Assembly (NCBI RefSeq): GCF_006345805.1
Contig: NW_021834672.1
Coordinates: 1 to 64,000, forward strand
Direction: 5' to 3'
Source: Octopus sinensis
Lineage: Eukaryota
Length of the DNA stretch: 64,000 nucleotides
Under the pieces are notes generated by a model, which did no database searches, was not told the origin of the DNA, and worked only from the letters and a program-made list of their open reading frames with translations. Of this stretch, positions 1 through 12,844 are shown piece after piece. The translations under genes were made by a program, and so were the position numbers. Numbering within the stretch: position 1 is the first letter of the stretch; each line of letters starts with the position of its first letter.

Positions 1-45
1 CGGACCTTATGAGCCAGGCGTGGCTCATGAAGGAACAAACAACAC
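1..45 (+). mobile_element. 3' tail of SINE-B, cut by the window edge
   Basis: CCTTATGAGCCAGGCGTGGCTC..GAAGGAACAAACAAC matches the 3' ends of the full copies at 16619-16924 and 62869-63163. Confidence 0.8.
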
Positions 46-255
46 ATATAATCCTTACTTAACAAATAATTCCTCTGCAAAAATTAAAATTCCAACTACC
101 CTCAAGCACTCCTTAATAGTTTCGATAATAACATTAGTAAATATGTGCATATCCAGATTATCCCTAGACGAAGGATCTTTAATCATGTTACCCCTTATTA
201 TAATGATGCACTACAAGTCAGTATAGATAATATATTTTAGATATAATCATGCTAA

Positions 256-489
256 ATAAGGCGGCGAGCTGGCAAAAACGTTAGCACGCCGGGCGAAATG
301 CGTAGTCGTATTTCGTGTGCCGTTACGTTCTGAGTTCAAATTCCGCTGAGGTCGACTTTGCCTTTCATTCTTTCGGGGTCGATTAAATAAGCACCAGTTA
401 CACACTGTGGTCGATATAATCGACTTGAACCGTTTGTCTGTCATTGTTTGTCCCCTCTGTGTTTAGCTCCTTGTAGGTGGTAAAGAAAT
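256..489 (+). mobile_element. SINE-A monomer (tRNA-derived)
   Basis: Head GGCGGCGAGCTGGCA..GTTAGCAC, B-box GAGTTCAAATTCC and core GAGGTCGACTTTGCCTTTCAT; 15-bp TSD ATATAATCATGCTAA at 241-255 and 490-504. Confidence 0.92.
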
Positions 490-613
490 ATATAATCATG
501 CTAATTAACATTCACAATGTATGTAAAATCAAAGTTATGTGCCTATAATTTAAATAGTCGTTCTAATATTGCCAGATTTTAATCATTTAATTTTTTCTAC
601 ACAAGCGATAGCA

Positions 614-1145
614 CAGTGGTTCTCAACCAGCGTTTATATGGCCCTCGGGGGTCCATTTAAGATTTTTGGGGTCCAATCAATACAATAGTAAATTAGGGAT
701 TCACAATAATATATTAAGGGCGCTGGAGAAATTTTGCTTTAGATATATGTATTGGTATTTATTGCAAAAAAGCAGCCATGTTTATTTCTCTAACATTTTA
801 TACAGTTCAACCTATACAAATTAATATGCGACAAACAGAATAGGAATTTTGAAAAAAATATCAATGAAACTACGGAGATGTACTTGCATAGCAAGTGACC
901 TGATCTGAGATCGTGTGCTGGAACGAAAACAATTGCAGCGTGGAAGGTGTTTATAAGCCATTTATCAAACACACGAAACCATTAAATTCACTTCAACATT
1001 TAAATTTAATTTGTCAAAATATTTTCGTCGCTTTGTTATTATTTATAAAACTACTTTTTTAAAACATGGATTACCTATAGGGTCCTCTAGAATTAATAGT
1101 GATTAAAGCAGGGTCCATAGATAAAAAAATGTTTGAGGACCCTTG
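614..1145. mobile_element. hAT-like MITE
   Basis: Left TIR CAGTGGTTCTCAACC and degenerate right TIR GTTTGAGGACCCTTG; the same subterminal GGGTCCATAGATAA..AAAATG end recurs at 63250-63284. Confidence 0.65.
860..1035 (-). mobile_element. Putative PLE terminal fragment inserted in the MITE
   Basis: Minus strand reads GCGAC-GAAA-ATATTTT, a palindromic AAAATATTTT after GAAA like the other PLE-type motifs here; the 5' half of the motif is missing. Confidence 0.3.
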
Positions 1146-1765
1146 CTCTATAAGGATTATAACAAAATCAGCTTCATTCAAAATAACAGGTAAATCACCC
1201 TTAAATTACACTTCCCTATCTGAAATAAGAAAAGTTCACATTAGCTAACGCAGCCAAATATCATACTTTCCCGGCTGAAGTGCATTTGATCATGGGATGG
1301 GACAGCCTGATCGGAGTTGGTCTGTGACTACACAACAACAACTACAACAATGATACCTGCCAACGTGGAGCCTGTATGTAGTCACTCTTACTGCTAAAAG
1401 TAGCAGCCAAATTCGGCGGCAAATGACAATGGACAATGGAGTTACTTTTATAGAAAAAAATCACGGATGGTCACGACAAGAATGATATTGATTTGGCTGA
1501 TCGAATTAAACACAGTACAAAATAATAACAACAACGTTCTTACTTTTGATCTAAACGATGGGAGATTCTACATGATTGTTCGACCAAATAACTCCGCCTA
1601 GCGGACACTTAGGATATCGGACGTCCAGATATATTGACGGCATAAAAATGACACTAACGGCTTTTTTACAGGCCGTTTCGATCAGAGCTGGCATGAGGCG
1701 AACCAATAGCAACATGATATGTATATATATACATGTGTGTGCGTGTGTGTGTGTGTGCGTGTTGA

Positions 1766-2064
1766 GACGCAATGGCCCAGTGGTTAGGGCAGCGGACTCG
1801 CAGTCGTAGGATCGCGGCTTCAATTCCCAGACCGGTCGTTGTGAGTGTTTATTGAGCGAAAATACCTAAAAGCTCCACGTGATTCCGGCAGGGGATGGTA
1901 GCGATCCCTGCTGTACTCTTTCACCACAACTTTCTCTCACTCTTTCTTCTGTTGGCCTGCTTGCTTAGCCACTGGGGTGACGTCATGTAAAGGCTAAAAC
2001 AATGCGAAGTGCATTGTGACCAGCGATGTGTAGCAACATCTGATAGCCTGGTCGGTCACGATGA
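1766..2064 (+). mobile_element. SINE-B head with alternative 3' tail (tail type 2)
   Basis: A-box TGGCCCAGTGGTTAG, tRNA-like head and SINE-B body, then a different tail ending GGTCGGTCACGATGAT followed by (TA)n. Confidence 0.8.
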
Positions 2065-2085
2065 TATATATATATATATACACAC

Positions 2086-2157
<72 letters not shown>

Positions 2158-3769
2158 ATATATACACACATATTTACACAGCGCATATATTCACATATAT
2201 ACTACATGCATGCACGTATGATTAGATGGGAAATTTAAACACCGAAAAGAGATTCACAAGAACTACAGCCAAGCGAGTACACAGGCCAATAGTTTTTCCA
2301 ATCAATTAACGAAATATCGATATTCTTATTTGGTCTCAGATTTTCTTTTATTCTTTCTTATTTTTCCTCTCTTTTGGTTTCTTGTTTTGTTAATTTTTAT
2401 GTTTAGTTATTTCTCTTTTTTTATTAACAGCATTGAGATTTTATTTAGTTTCGTTTTTCAGAAATTTTACATTTCATTTTGTTTTGTGTTTTTTTGTATC
2501 ATGTTTGCAAAATTATTTTTGTGTATGACGTATTTATTTTTAAATGCATTCTGTACGAATCTTCTTTTTTCGCGTTGTTAATAGAGATAATTGCACTTCC
2601 GGTTTTGCCGTTGTTGTTGTTGTTGTTGCTGTTGGTGGTTGTAGTGGTACTGGTGGTGGTGCTGGTGGTGGTGCTGGTGGTGGTGGTATTTTTGTAAAAT
2701 TTATTTTTCTGGGTTATGTGGAAACGAAGTTAATAGGTGGAGATCATGAGTGTGTTTTGAAAACTAAATGTTTCAAATATGAAATGAGTTTTGGCGAATC
2801 GAAGACTCCTTAGGGTATTGATTAGACTCCCTCGCAGTACTTATTCTGATTCTGTATGCTCTCAGTTCAAATCATGCCGAGGTCAAGTTTCTCATTGGGG
2901 TCAATAAAGATATCAGTTTTGAACTATAAATCTCAGGTTTTCTCAGCATAGACCCACGATCTGTCGTTTCACCCTGAAAGGAACAGTGTCATCAGAAAGT
3001 GCATTAACACCTGTATGAACAGGACCCGACCAATCAGCTCTATCTCACTTATTACGGTTGATGCGGTGAACTTCAAAGGAAAAGTACGAGTTTTCCTGCT
3101 AAATAGTTTGTCGAAGGTTCCGGAAAAACCGGTTTATAGTTATAAAAAGTTGGAAAATTCAACCGAAGACCACAGCTATTCAACTTTCGCCATGAAACTA
3201 TGTCACTTTGCTCAGCGAGTAGGTCTTTTGTCCTTTTACACTTTTTCTTGTTTAACATATTTGCTTATGTGGCATTCGACAAAATGCACCAATCTCAAAT
3301 TGATTATATACAGTGGTTTAAATTCCTGCTACTTACTCCGCCTTCAAAGACTCATTATTTTCATGATTTCATTTAGCATGTTGTATTACTGGAAATTCAA
3401 ATTGTGGTATTCGTTGTTTCATTAATGTTGTTCCCATATATTATTTACGAGCAAAACGCCCCACCACGTCCAATGGACGGTGCTGAGTTGTCAAACATTT
3501 AAAACAAATTTTCTCAAAACAACTTGTCCGACCGTCTCATAGGCCTCCCCTTTGAGAAACACTGATTTAACCTAAATTTGAGACACCAGCAAAAGAAGAA
3601 ATAAAGATAGATTTTTTTTCTATTCCAAAGAAAAATGATTTTATTCACACAAATATGCAACCGAAGAGTTTAATGTACCAGCAATGATAAGGCTGTTGAC
3701 TGGGAGAACACAAACATGGTTTAAACAGTAAGCTTAGCAGGAAAGAAACGTGCCTTTAAGCAGTACAAA

Positions 3770-4003
3770 AACAAAAAATAGAAGGTGCAGTTATGTGCAG
3801 GTTGACGGAAGAAAAGCGGGACAAAAACGGCTTTATCGATCGCATTCTCACCTAGAATCGATTTTTATAATTTTTTCGACTTATACACTCCCTGACACCG
3901 TCGGTATCTACAAATTTGAGCACAATCGAATGGAGGATGCCCGAGATCCGAGAAACACACACACACACACACACACACACAGAACGGATTTTATATAACA
4001 GAA
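3770..4003 (+). mobile_element. Helentron/DINE-1-like non-autonomous fragment
   Basis: AAATTTGAGCACAATCG..(CA)n..GATTTTATATA layout typical of DINE-1/HINE 3' halves, recognised from memory. Confidence 0.4.
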
Positions 4004-4092
4004 TTGTACACACGCAAATATAAACGACACTGCTTAATAAATTATATAAAATCTTAGATAAATATTAATGTGGTCATTATTCTTGTCTTCTT

Positions 4093-4483
4093 AAGGCGGC
4101 GAGCTGGCAGAAACGTTAGCACGCCGGGCGAAGCGCGTAGCCGTATTTCGTCTGCCGTTACGTTCTGAGTTCAAATTCTGCCGAGGTCGACTTTGCCTTT
4201 CATCCTTTCGGGTGTACCAGTTACGCACTGGGGTCGATATAATCAACTTAATCCGTTTGTCTGTCCTTGTATGTCCTCTCTGTGTTTAGCCCCTTGTGGA
4301 TAGTAAAGAAATAGAAATATGCATTTCATCTGTCGTTACGTTCTGAGTTCAAATTCCACCCAGGTTGACTTTGTTGGTCATCCTTATGGGGTCGATAAAT
4401 TAAGTACCAATTGCTTATCGGGGTCGATCTAATCGACTGGCCCCTCCTCCAAAATTTCGGGCCTTGTGTCTAGAGTAGAAAAG
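4093..4483 (+). mobile_element. SINE-A dimer
   Basis: Two tandem B-box/core modules plus terminal tail AAATTTCGGGCCTTGTGTCTAGAGTAGAAAAG; one 17-bp TSD ATTATTCTTGTCTTCTT at 4076-4092 and 4484-4500. Confidence 0.92.
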
Positions 4484-4789
4484 ATTATTCTTGTCTTCTT
4501 GTCAAAGTCTGCGAGACAGCTACTCTATCCGGGATATTGGATTCAGCAGTTCTGAAGAAGGGGGCTAGCGGAAACCCCTCATCGACTCAGCAACTGGCAG
4601 CGATTTTCTATTCAAAGAGATGAAGGATATAGCTTGAATTTTGAAAGTAAAGAGATTCATAAACGATTCTGACAGTTCACACCCTTGATAACACTAATAA
4701 AGGTTTCGAATTTTAGCACAGTGCCAGAAATTTTGTGGGAGAGCGTAAGATGATTACGATGAACACAATGCTCTACTGGCACTTATATT

Positions 4790-5184
4790 AAATGACCCCG
4801 AAGTGATTAGAGGCAAAGTCAACCCCAATGGAATTTGAAATTCAGAATGTAAAGGCGCACGAAACGCGGCTGGCTAAGCATTTTGTCCATCGTGCTAACC
4901 ATTCTGACAGCTCACCACCTTGATAACAACAAGAACAATAACGCTAATAATGATAATAATAATCCTGTCTACAATAGGCACAAGGCCTGAAATTTGGAGG
5001 GAAGGGACTAGTTGATTACATCCACCCCAGTTTTTCACTGGTACTCAATTAATCGATCTCCGAAAAGGATAAGTCAACTTCGGCAGAGTTTGAACTCAGA
5101 ACACAGCGACGGGCGAAATACGGCTAAGCTTTTCGTCCAGCGTACTAACTATTCTGCCAGCTCGCCGCCTTAATAATGTTAACA

Positions 5185-5264
<80 letters not shown>

Positions 5265-5317
5265 TAATTATAATAATAATAATAATAATAATAATAATGG
5301 TAATAATAATAATAATA

Positions 5318-5357
<40 letters not shown>

Positions 5358-5500
5358 TAATAAAATAGTGATGGTGAAGATAATAATAAAACAATAACAA
5401 TAATAAAATAACAATAATAATAATAATATATAACAATAATAATAATAATAATAATTATAATAATAATATAATAATAATTAATAATAATAATAATAATAAT

Positions 5501-5531
<31 letters not shown>

Positions 5532-5581
5532 TAATAATAATGATAATAATATATAATGATGGTGAAGATAATAATAATAAC

Positions 5582-5613
<32 letters not shown>

Positions 5614-5671
5614 TAATAATAATTATTATTATTATAATAATAATAATAATAACAATAATAATAATAATAAT

Positions 5672-5718
<47 letters not shown>

Positions 5719-6030
5719 GATAATGGTTTCAAATTGCAGCACCAGGTCACCAATATCAGATGAGAGGGAAAGGGGATTACATCAACCCCAGTGCTCAACT
5801 GGAACTTATTTTATCAACCCTGAAAAGATGAAAGGTAAAGTTGAATAAGACGGAATTTAAGCAAACTGTTTTGTTCGGTGTGTTAACCATTCTGACAGCT
5901 CGTCGTCTTGATAACAACAACAGCAACAATAATAATAACAATAATAATAATAATCCTTTCTACTAAAGGCACAAGGCTTAAAATTTTGCGGATGGGGGCT
6001 AGTCGATTAAATTGACCCCAATGCGTAAGT
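4790..6030 (-). mobile_element. Cluster of older SINE-A copies and fragments around the (AAT)n array
   Basis: Degenerate reverse-complement matches at about 4790-4925, 4965-5172, 5750-5910 and 5945-6030; another lies at 7510-7650. Confidence 0.75.
5173..5725. repeat. Long imperfect (AAT)n microsatellite, about 550 bp
   Basis: Direct inspection. Confidence 0.97.
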
Positions 6031-6056
6031 TATAATAATAATAATAATAATAATAA

Positions 6057-6793
6057 TTGCAGCACAAGACCAAAGCCTCCCCACCAGAAATTACCAAAAA
6101 CATGTAATGAAAAGAAATATTACAAGTAACTGCAGAATATGTGGAGATGGACAAGAAACAATAAATCATATTATCTCTAGCTGCCCAGTCCTGGCTAAGA
6201 AGGAATATATTCACAGACATGACAGAGTTGGAACCTACATACATTGGAAGCTATGCCAACATTATGGAATAACGACAGAAAAAAGATGGTATAAGCACAC
6301 ACCAGAGAAGGTCACAGAAAACGAGAAAGCAACCATACTCTGGGATATGCCGATACACACAGATAGAGAAATTAAGGCCAACAGACCAGATATAGTTGTC
6401 AGAGATCATGAAGAAAAAAAATGCTTTCTAATTGATGTATCAATAACCGGCAGATGACAACGTGTCTCTAAAAGAAATGGAGAAACTCTCAAAATACAAA
6501 GACCTGGAAATAGAGGTAACTAGAATGTGGAATCTGAAAACAGAAACAATTCCTATCATAGTAGGTGCATTAGGCATGATAAAAAAATATTCAGACAAAT
6601 ACATAACGAAAACACCAGGACTTACAAACACATATAACATACAGAAATTGCACTACTAGGCACTGCACACATCCTACGCAGAACACTTTCCATACAATAA
6701 CCATCAGAGCATCACAACAAATCACAGCGCATACCCAGGCACACAGAGCTGCGCTCGGTAGTGAAGTGAAAGCACGCTATAAAAATAAAACTA

Positions 6794-6796
<3 letters not shown>
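6057..6796 (+). mobile_element. 5'-truncated Dong/R4-clade non-LTR retrotransposon 3' end (zinc knuckle plus restriction-like endonuclease)
   Basis: CRICG..ETINHIISSC (CCHC), RHDRV, RPDIVV..LIDVSI (PD-D/ExK) and C-terminus LLGTAHILRRTLSIQ* (stop 6698-6700); one frameshift near 6445; both ends abut (TAA)n. Confidence 0.9.
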
Positions 6797-6859
<63 letters not shown>

Positions 6860-6886
6860 TAATAATATAATAATAATAATAACAAT

Positions 6887-7443
6887 AAAAATGCCCTGAT
6901 GCAGTACCAGGCAGTGGCCCTCATGGCTTCTGATCTTAACTGATTGGAAGTGTTATCATGTACATTGTTTGTCTTGGATAAAAGATGGGCTACAGCAAAT
7001 ATTCTGCTCAATACCACAGATTTGCTTGTAGTTGTTTGGCCTTAACCAGTTGAGCATGTCCCTTAGTGGCTGACGATATGTGCATCTCTGATCACGAGCA
7101 GAAGTAGTGGGGGAGCATCATGGCCATGTGTTGAGAGGGATTCTTTGGGGTTTGAATAATTCACCTCTGGAAACATAGGTGTTTCGTTCAACATCCTAAA
7201 GCAACCCTTATTCAGGGACCTTTTGAGCGGGATGGACTACTCAACCTGAAGAAAATTCTAACTGGGCTCCACCTGCAAGGTCATGTGCTGTTTATCTTGA
7301 TATGAGATCACCATGTCGCGCACATATGGTTGTGATGCATGTGCCTGGTGTACCTTTATCAAACGGGTAGTCATGATGGGTATATTGGGCTTCGTATATT
7401 TTACCCCAGTGTCACTTTGATGGCATGAACTGCTCTCTCACAC
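6887..7443. mobile_element. Unclassified ~560-bp non-coding interspersed repeat flanked by (TAA)n
   Basis: GC-richer block with sharp boundaries inside AAT tracts and no ORF; classification is not possible by eye. Confidence 0.4.
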
Positions 7444-7994
7444 AATAATAATAACAATAATAATTTCAGGGTTGATAAAATAAGTTCCAGTTATTATCAT
7501 CATCATCACTATTATAATATATTATTATCCTAAAGGATGAAAGACAAAGTCGACTTCTGAAGAATTTGAACTTTGAACGTAAAGTCGGACGAAACGCCGG
7601 TAAGCGTTTTGTCCGGTTTGCTAACAATTCTGACAGCTCACCGCCTTGACAACAATAGCAACAATAACAACAATAATAATGGTTTTCTAAGCTGTTCCTA
7701 AAAATTCGATTAACCGGGAGCTCTGTTTCTCCATATTAGTATTGCTTTTTCTTTACTTTCCTCTTTCGATTCGGACGTAGCTGCTTGCAGCAAGAATTTT
7801 TCACAAATTGAATTCGATTTAACTGTGTCTCACACGATATCTGCATTTCTTCAAATTGCCAATGTGTGCTGTTGCCCTCGTTTAGCGACTGTTTATCTTT
7901 CACTTCTAATCAAATCCCTTGTTAAATGGTGAATTTCGCTGAAACTTTACATAGCTCAGGCAACGCTTCTCGTGTAGGTTGTCTCTCGTTAAAG

Positions 7995-8105
7995 ACAGGA
8001 AGTGGACAGAGGAAACATTATACGCTTCTATGTGTATGCACATACGTATATATATAAATACATCTACATATATATCATATATATACATATATATATATAT
8101 AAATA

Positions 8106-8160
<55 letters not shown>

Positions 8161-8173
8161 GCACACATATATA

Positions 8174-8218
<45 letters not shown>

Positions 8219-8521
8219 GTATGTACATCTGTGTGTGTGTACATCTGTGTGTGTGTACATTATAACTAAATGTATATAAACATACGTATAATTACGACAC
8301 ATTTATATACATATTGGGTAAGATTATATGTACTTATATGTATAAACATGTACAGAGGCCTTCACATACATACACAGATGGAGACAGAGTGGAAGAGACG
8401 GAAAGAGAGAATGAGAGAGAGATATCATCATAAATGACGTTGGATTCTGGTTTTTATGATTATATATATATACGCACATTTATATAACATACATGTACCT
8501 AAGTATATATATTATTTATAT

Positions 8522-8553
<32 letters not shown>

Positions 8554-8854
8554 CTATATTATATATATATATATATTATATACATATATATATTATATCT
8601 ATAATATATATATATATTATATATATTATAATACTATCAATTACATATATACATTCTATGCATGCATACACCTACGTACTTCTATATGCATAAATATATA
8701 TATATAATATATGCATGTATATATATATATATATGTGTGTGTGTGTATGTATATATATATATATATATGTATGTATATGTATGTATATACCTATACATAT
8801 ATACATACACATATTTACCTATGTAGATATATGCGTGTGTATGTTGTAGGTATG

Positions 8855-8885
<31 letters not shown>

Positions 8886-9565
8886 GGATATTTATATATA
8901 TATAGATAGCTATATATATATATATGTATATATATGTGTGTGTATATATATATAGGTATGTATATGTATATATGTATATATATGTATATATATATGTATA
9001 TATATGTATTTATAGATATGTGTGTGTGTGTGAGCGTGTATGTATGTGTATATATATACATGTATATTTAGTGATGTTGTATGTGTATCATGATATAAGA
9101 AGGGAAGATGTGTCAAGGATGAGGAGATGAGGAAGAGTGTGAGTAAAACCACTTTTCCTCAAATCTCGACGTAAAATCCGAATTAGGAGATGTGATATAA
9201 GACATGCTACTGACAGCTAATTACCGTAAACCCACGAAAAACAACGGAAATTCGCGGTGTTTATCGTATTTCGGCTGTCCGCTTTATATCCGTTCCGCAG
9301 AGAAGATATATAACAATCACTATCGGGAATTTGATGTCTCCAAAATCTACATGATTTTCTGCATGATACAAAAATATAACATAAGAGATAGCAATTAATA
9401 CAACATAGAAATAATATAGAAGGCACCTGGAAAATGAAAACAGAAATTTGTGAGAAAAAAAATTGAATTGAATTGTAGTTCTTTGCTGGGAAGTATAAGC
9501 GGGATACATAAATACGGAACAAATATAATGTGTGTGTGTATGTATGTGTATTGTATATATTGTAT

Positions 9566-9614
<49 letters not shown>

Positions 9615-9648
9615 AGGAAGAGAAAAAGCTAGATAGATAGATAGATAT

Positions 9649-9693
<45 letters not shown>

Positions 9694-9735
9694 CACACAT
9701 ACATACATACATATATACATGCATAAATACATATT

Positions 9736-9815
<80 letters not shown>

Positions 9816-9890
9816 AGAAGAGAGAGAGAAGAGAAGAGAGAGAGAGAGAAGAGAGAGAGAGATACATATATATATAATATATATATTCGT
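7995..9890. repeat. Compound (TA)n/(TG)n/(AG)n microsatellite fields with short unique islands
   Basis: Direct inspection; arrays at about 8040-8220, 8455-9090 and 9525-9885. Confidence 0.9.
9225..9426 (-). CDS. Candidate internal exon encoding a hydrophobic Cys-rich segment ([30 protein letters not shown]...)
   Basis: Strong acceptor TTTCTGTTTTCATTTTCCAG, donor ACG|GTAATT, 202 nt open in phase 0; no recognisable homology. Confidence 0.3.
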
Positions 9891-10049
9891 TTCGCGGAAC
9901 AGAAGCAGTATTAGATAAAAATTGCAATCGATATATCATAGTCAATGTAGGCGCATTTCAGTAAAGGTAACTTAACTGCTCTACTCGTCCGGAGATAAAA
10001 TCTGTTAAATAGCACAAAAATATACCAGTAAACTCATGTGCCTTCAGTT

Positions 10050-11500
10050 TTCCTATTTCAGTGACGACGGATTGTGTTTTGGCACGATGTTGTCAGTGAG
10101 TGCATGCAGATGACAAACCCAAGAAAGCAGAAGTGTGCATCTAGCATTTCCTCCACAGCTGCTGGATGATTTTTGCCTGGCTGTACATCTGGATTGTGCG
10201 GAGTTAACTAATAAGAGAGGGGATATAAAAGCTTCACAAACCTGTTTAAATGCTTCCCGTTGGCTGAGAGATATCGACTGAATTTCCCGAAATGCGCCAA
10301 TTAGGACATGGACAAAGAGCTTCGATCATCAAGATCCCATCTAGATAGAGTATTCTGTAGGCCTGGAGATAGGGGCAATATAGGATGCCCACAATTCAAA
10401 ATGTTGTATCAAGAGTATCCCGAGGTGAGACGCCTGACTCACTGGGTGCCGTGAAGCGTTCACTACCTTCTGCCAGTTGAACAATGTGGTTGGTAGATGT
10501 TCCATTATGGCATTGCTTTCTATGGAGGGTTAATGGCGAGTAAGAGCTACAGCTTCGGCGGTGAAACCCTGAACATCAATCAAAATCAGCTGACTGATCT
10601 GTTCCGAAGGACTTTCGAGATTGTTGTTTGCTCCTTCTCGAGCCACGCCTGGCTCATAAGGGCCCGGCTTCCCGGTTCCCTTGGCGTATAGGTTCCCCCA
10701 CCTGGACGGAACGCCGGTCCGTCGCAGGTGAGCTGCAAGATGCAGGAAGAAAGGGTGGGAGAAAGTTGTGACGAAAGAGTCAGCAGAAGTTCGCCATTAC
10801 CTTCTGCCGGAGCCGCATGGAGCTTAGGTGTTTTGCTCATAAACACACACATCGCCCGGTCTGAGATTCGAACCCGCAATCCCTCGACCGCGTGTCCACT
10901 GCTCTAACCACTAGGCCATGTGCCGCCACACTTTCGAGAAGGGACCCATGAATAATTTCCACAAATCTCTAGCTTGACAATGCTACCGAGAGGACATTGC
11001 CGCTTCAGGATAAACTCGACAGGGATGACCTTCCGTCGGACGCGCCTCCCCAAGATGCACGTACGACGGGACCTTCCTGCAGGTTCTCGTACAATGTTTG
11101 ATCATTGTTGACTTGTGAAGCGATGTCAAACAGATTCTCTCACATGTAGGACGGGTCCTTCTATCGGTTGACTAAATCTTGAAGATCGCTCCACTGTGTT
11201 TCTTTTGCTCAAGAAAGACAGTCTGGTGATAATGGCCACAGCGGTTGTATGCTGGCTGATACTGTGAGGACTGAAGACAGACACCTTCCTTTTGGGTCGA
11301 GGCCTCATCAACTGTTTAAAATTTCATTTATAAACGAAAGTAGGTGTTGAGAGCGATGTAGTGCTCGTGCCTCAGTAAATCTTGTAGAAAGGTGGGTGAA
11401 TGTAGCGAGGATTGTCCGTGTAAGTAATCCTACTCCAAGCTGGCGCGTGTAGGCTGAGGAGTAAGGAAGCGAGAGAAGCATATGCCACGGTACTCCTGAT
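10050..11500 (+). mobile_element. Decayed Tx1/L1-clade LINE, 3' part of ORF2
   Basis: GETLNINQNQLTDLFRRTFE continues across the SINE as KGPMNNFHKSLA*QCYRE/TLPLQDKL, then GLKTDTFLLGRGLINCLKFH and LVERWVNVARIVRV; many stops and frameshifts. Confidence 0.7.
10621..10929 (-). mobile_element. Full SINE-B nested in the Tx1 LINE
   Basis: tRNA head TGGCCTAGTGGTTAGAGCAG..GGTTCGAATC; 10-bp TSD ACTTTCGAGA at 10611-10620 and 10930-10939. Confidence 0.93.
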
Positions 11501-11689
11501 TAACAAAGTACCTTGGAATCTGTGGTATCACTAGGTAACCCCTGGACGGCGATTTACCCCTTATTACGCAATTTGCTAAAATTATTTTGTTAATTGCTAT
11601 TATTTTTCTGTTCACGGGTTTTCCAAATTAATCCCCCCTACCCTTTATCTGTATATTGTCCTAAACGTTTTTCGCAGCCCTTGTGGTCA

Positions 11690-11692
11690 ACA

Positions 11693-11735
<43 letters not shown>

Positions 11736-11945
11736 TGTGGTGGCGGTGGTGGTGGTGGTGGTGGTGGTGGTGGTGGTGGTTGTGGTGGTGGTGGTGGTGG
11801 TGGTGGTGATTTTGGTGGAGGTGGTGGTTTTGGTGGTGGAGGTGGAGGTGGTGGTAGTAGTAGTAGCAGCAGCAGCATTATTATTATTAGTAGTAGTAGT
11901 AATAGTAGTAGTTGTGTTACTTCTACAGCTACTACTACTACTACT
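11690..11945. repeat. (TAG)n/(GGT)n/(CTA)n trinucleotide array
   Basis: Direct inspection. Confidence 0.95.
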
Positions 11946-11989
11946 GTCTACGTTGCCACTACTATTACGGCCAATGATGGAACTATAAG

Positions 11990-12420
11990 TATCTGAAGAT
12001 GCGATAGTGATTATAGCCATGTGGCTGGCGTTATCTTGAATAGAATTGCCATTAAGTCCTTGTTTGGAAATAAACCAGTTAATGATGGAATTATGAAGAT
12101 CAGTCTTCGAGGAAAACCATTTAACGACCTCAGCCAAACAGTTTTATGCTCCGTCTACAGCCACAAATGAGGAAGAATTTGATCGATTCTATGATGCCAA
12201 GAAGAAACTGATCAATCGCCTCCTAAAGATATCCTCATTTTGATTGGAGATTCAAAAGCTAAGGTGGTAAAACTAACAACAAAACCGGAGAAATCAATAG
12301 TTGTAGGTAATTTCGGTTTAGGTATTAGGCATGATTAAGGTGGCCGTTTAGTTGAATTATGTAATTAAAATAGATTCTGCATTTCTATTGCATCGTTTAA
12401 CTGACATCGTTATTGCCGAT
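11990..12420 (+). mobile_element. RTE-clade LINE apurinic endonuclease remnant
   Basis: GVILNRIAIKSLFGNKPVNDGIMKISLRGKPF..FYAPST..EEEFDRFYD..ILILIGDSKAKV..VGNFGLGIRHD*GGRLVELC matches RTE APE motifs (VYAPT, IGDFNAKVG, GxFGLG). Confidence 0.8.
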
Positions 12421-12844
12421 CGCAAGGAGTATTTAGAATCTTGCACATAGTAACATGTATCTTCACATTTCGTTTCATGGACAGTTCGGTGGCGACTAAA
12501 GCGAGAACCCTGTTGAGTTCGCTCCTCGGAAGGACTTGAGGTAGCTCAACAAACTAAACCTTACAGCTGGCAAAGAGCTGAAACGTAGCTATCATCGCCC
12601 CTCGTGGGACGGTGTCGAAGAAATATCAGATTGGGAAACTGGCGCAAGACAATGATCTTTTAATGATTGTAAGCCGTTTGAATTAATTAATTATAAACAC
12701 GTAACTGAGTGAAGCGAATCTTCTTAGTGACAAGTAATATGGCTTTTGCTCTTCCAGATCTGTAGCTCACTCATCATTCATAAGGTAAATTCTCATCGTT
12801 CACAGGGTAAGCTTTGCAATGGATAATAGTTTTTTTTTTCCTTT

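Noticed and set aside
4545-4590. CTGAAGA followed by a GGGG/CCCC stem
   Set aside because: There is no GAAA/NUH after the stem, so it is not a hammerhead
7740-7908. Minus-strand open stretch EVKDKQ..RPNRKRK, phase-compatible with the 9225 exon candidate
   Set aside because: The acceptor is purine-rich and weak and there is no homology, so it cannot be supported without RNA data
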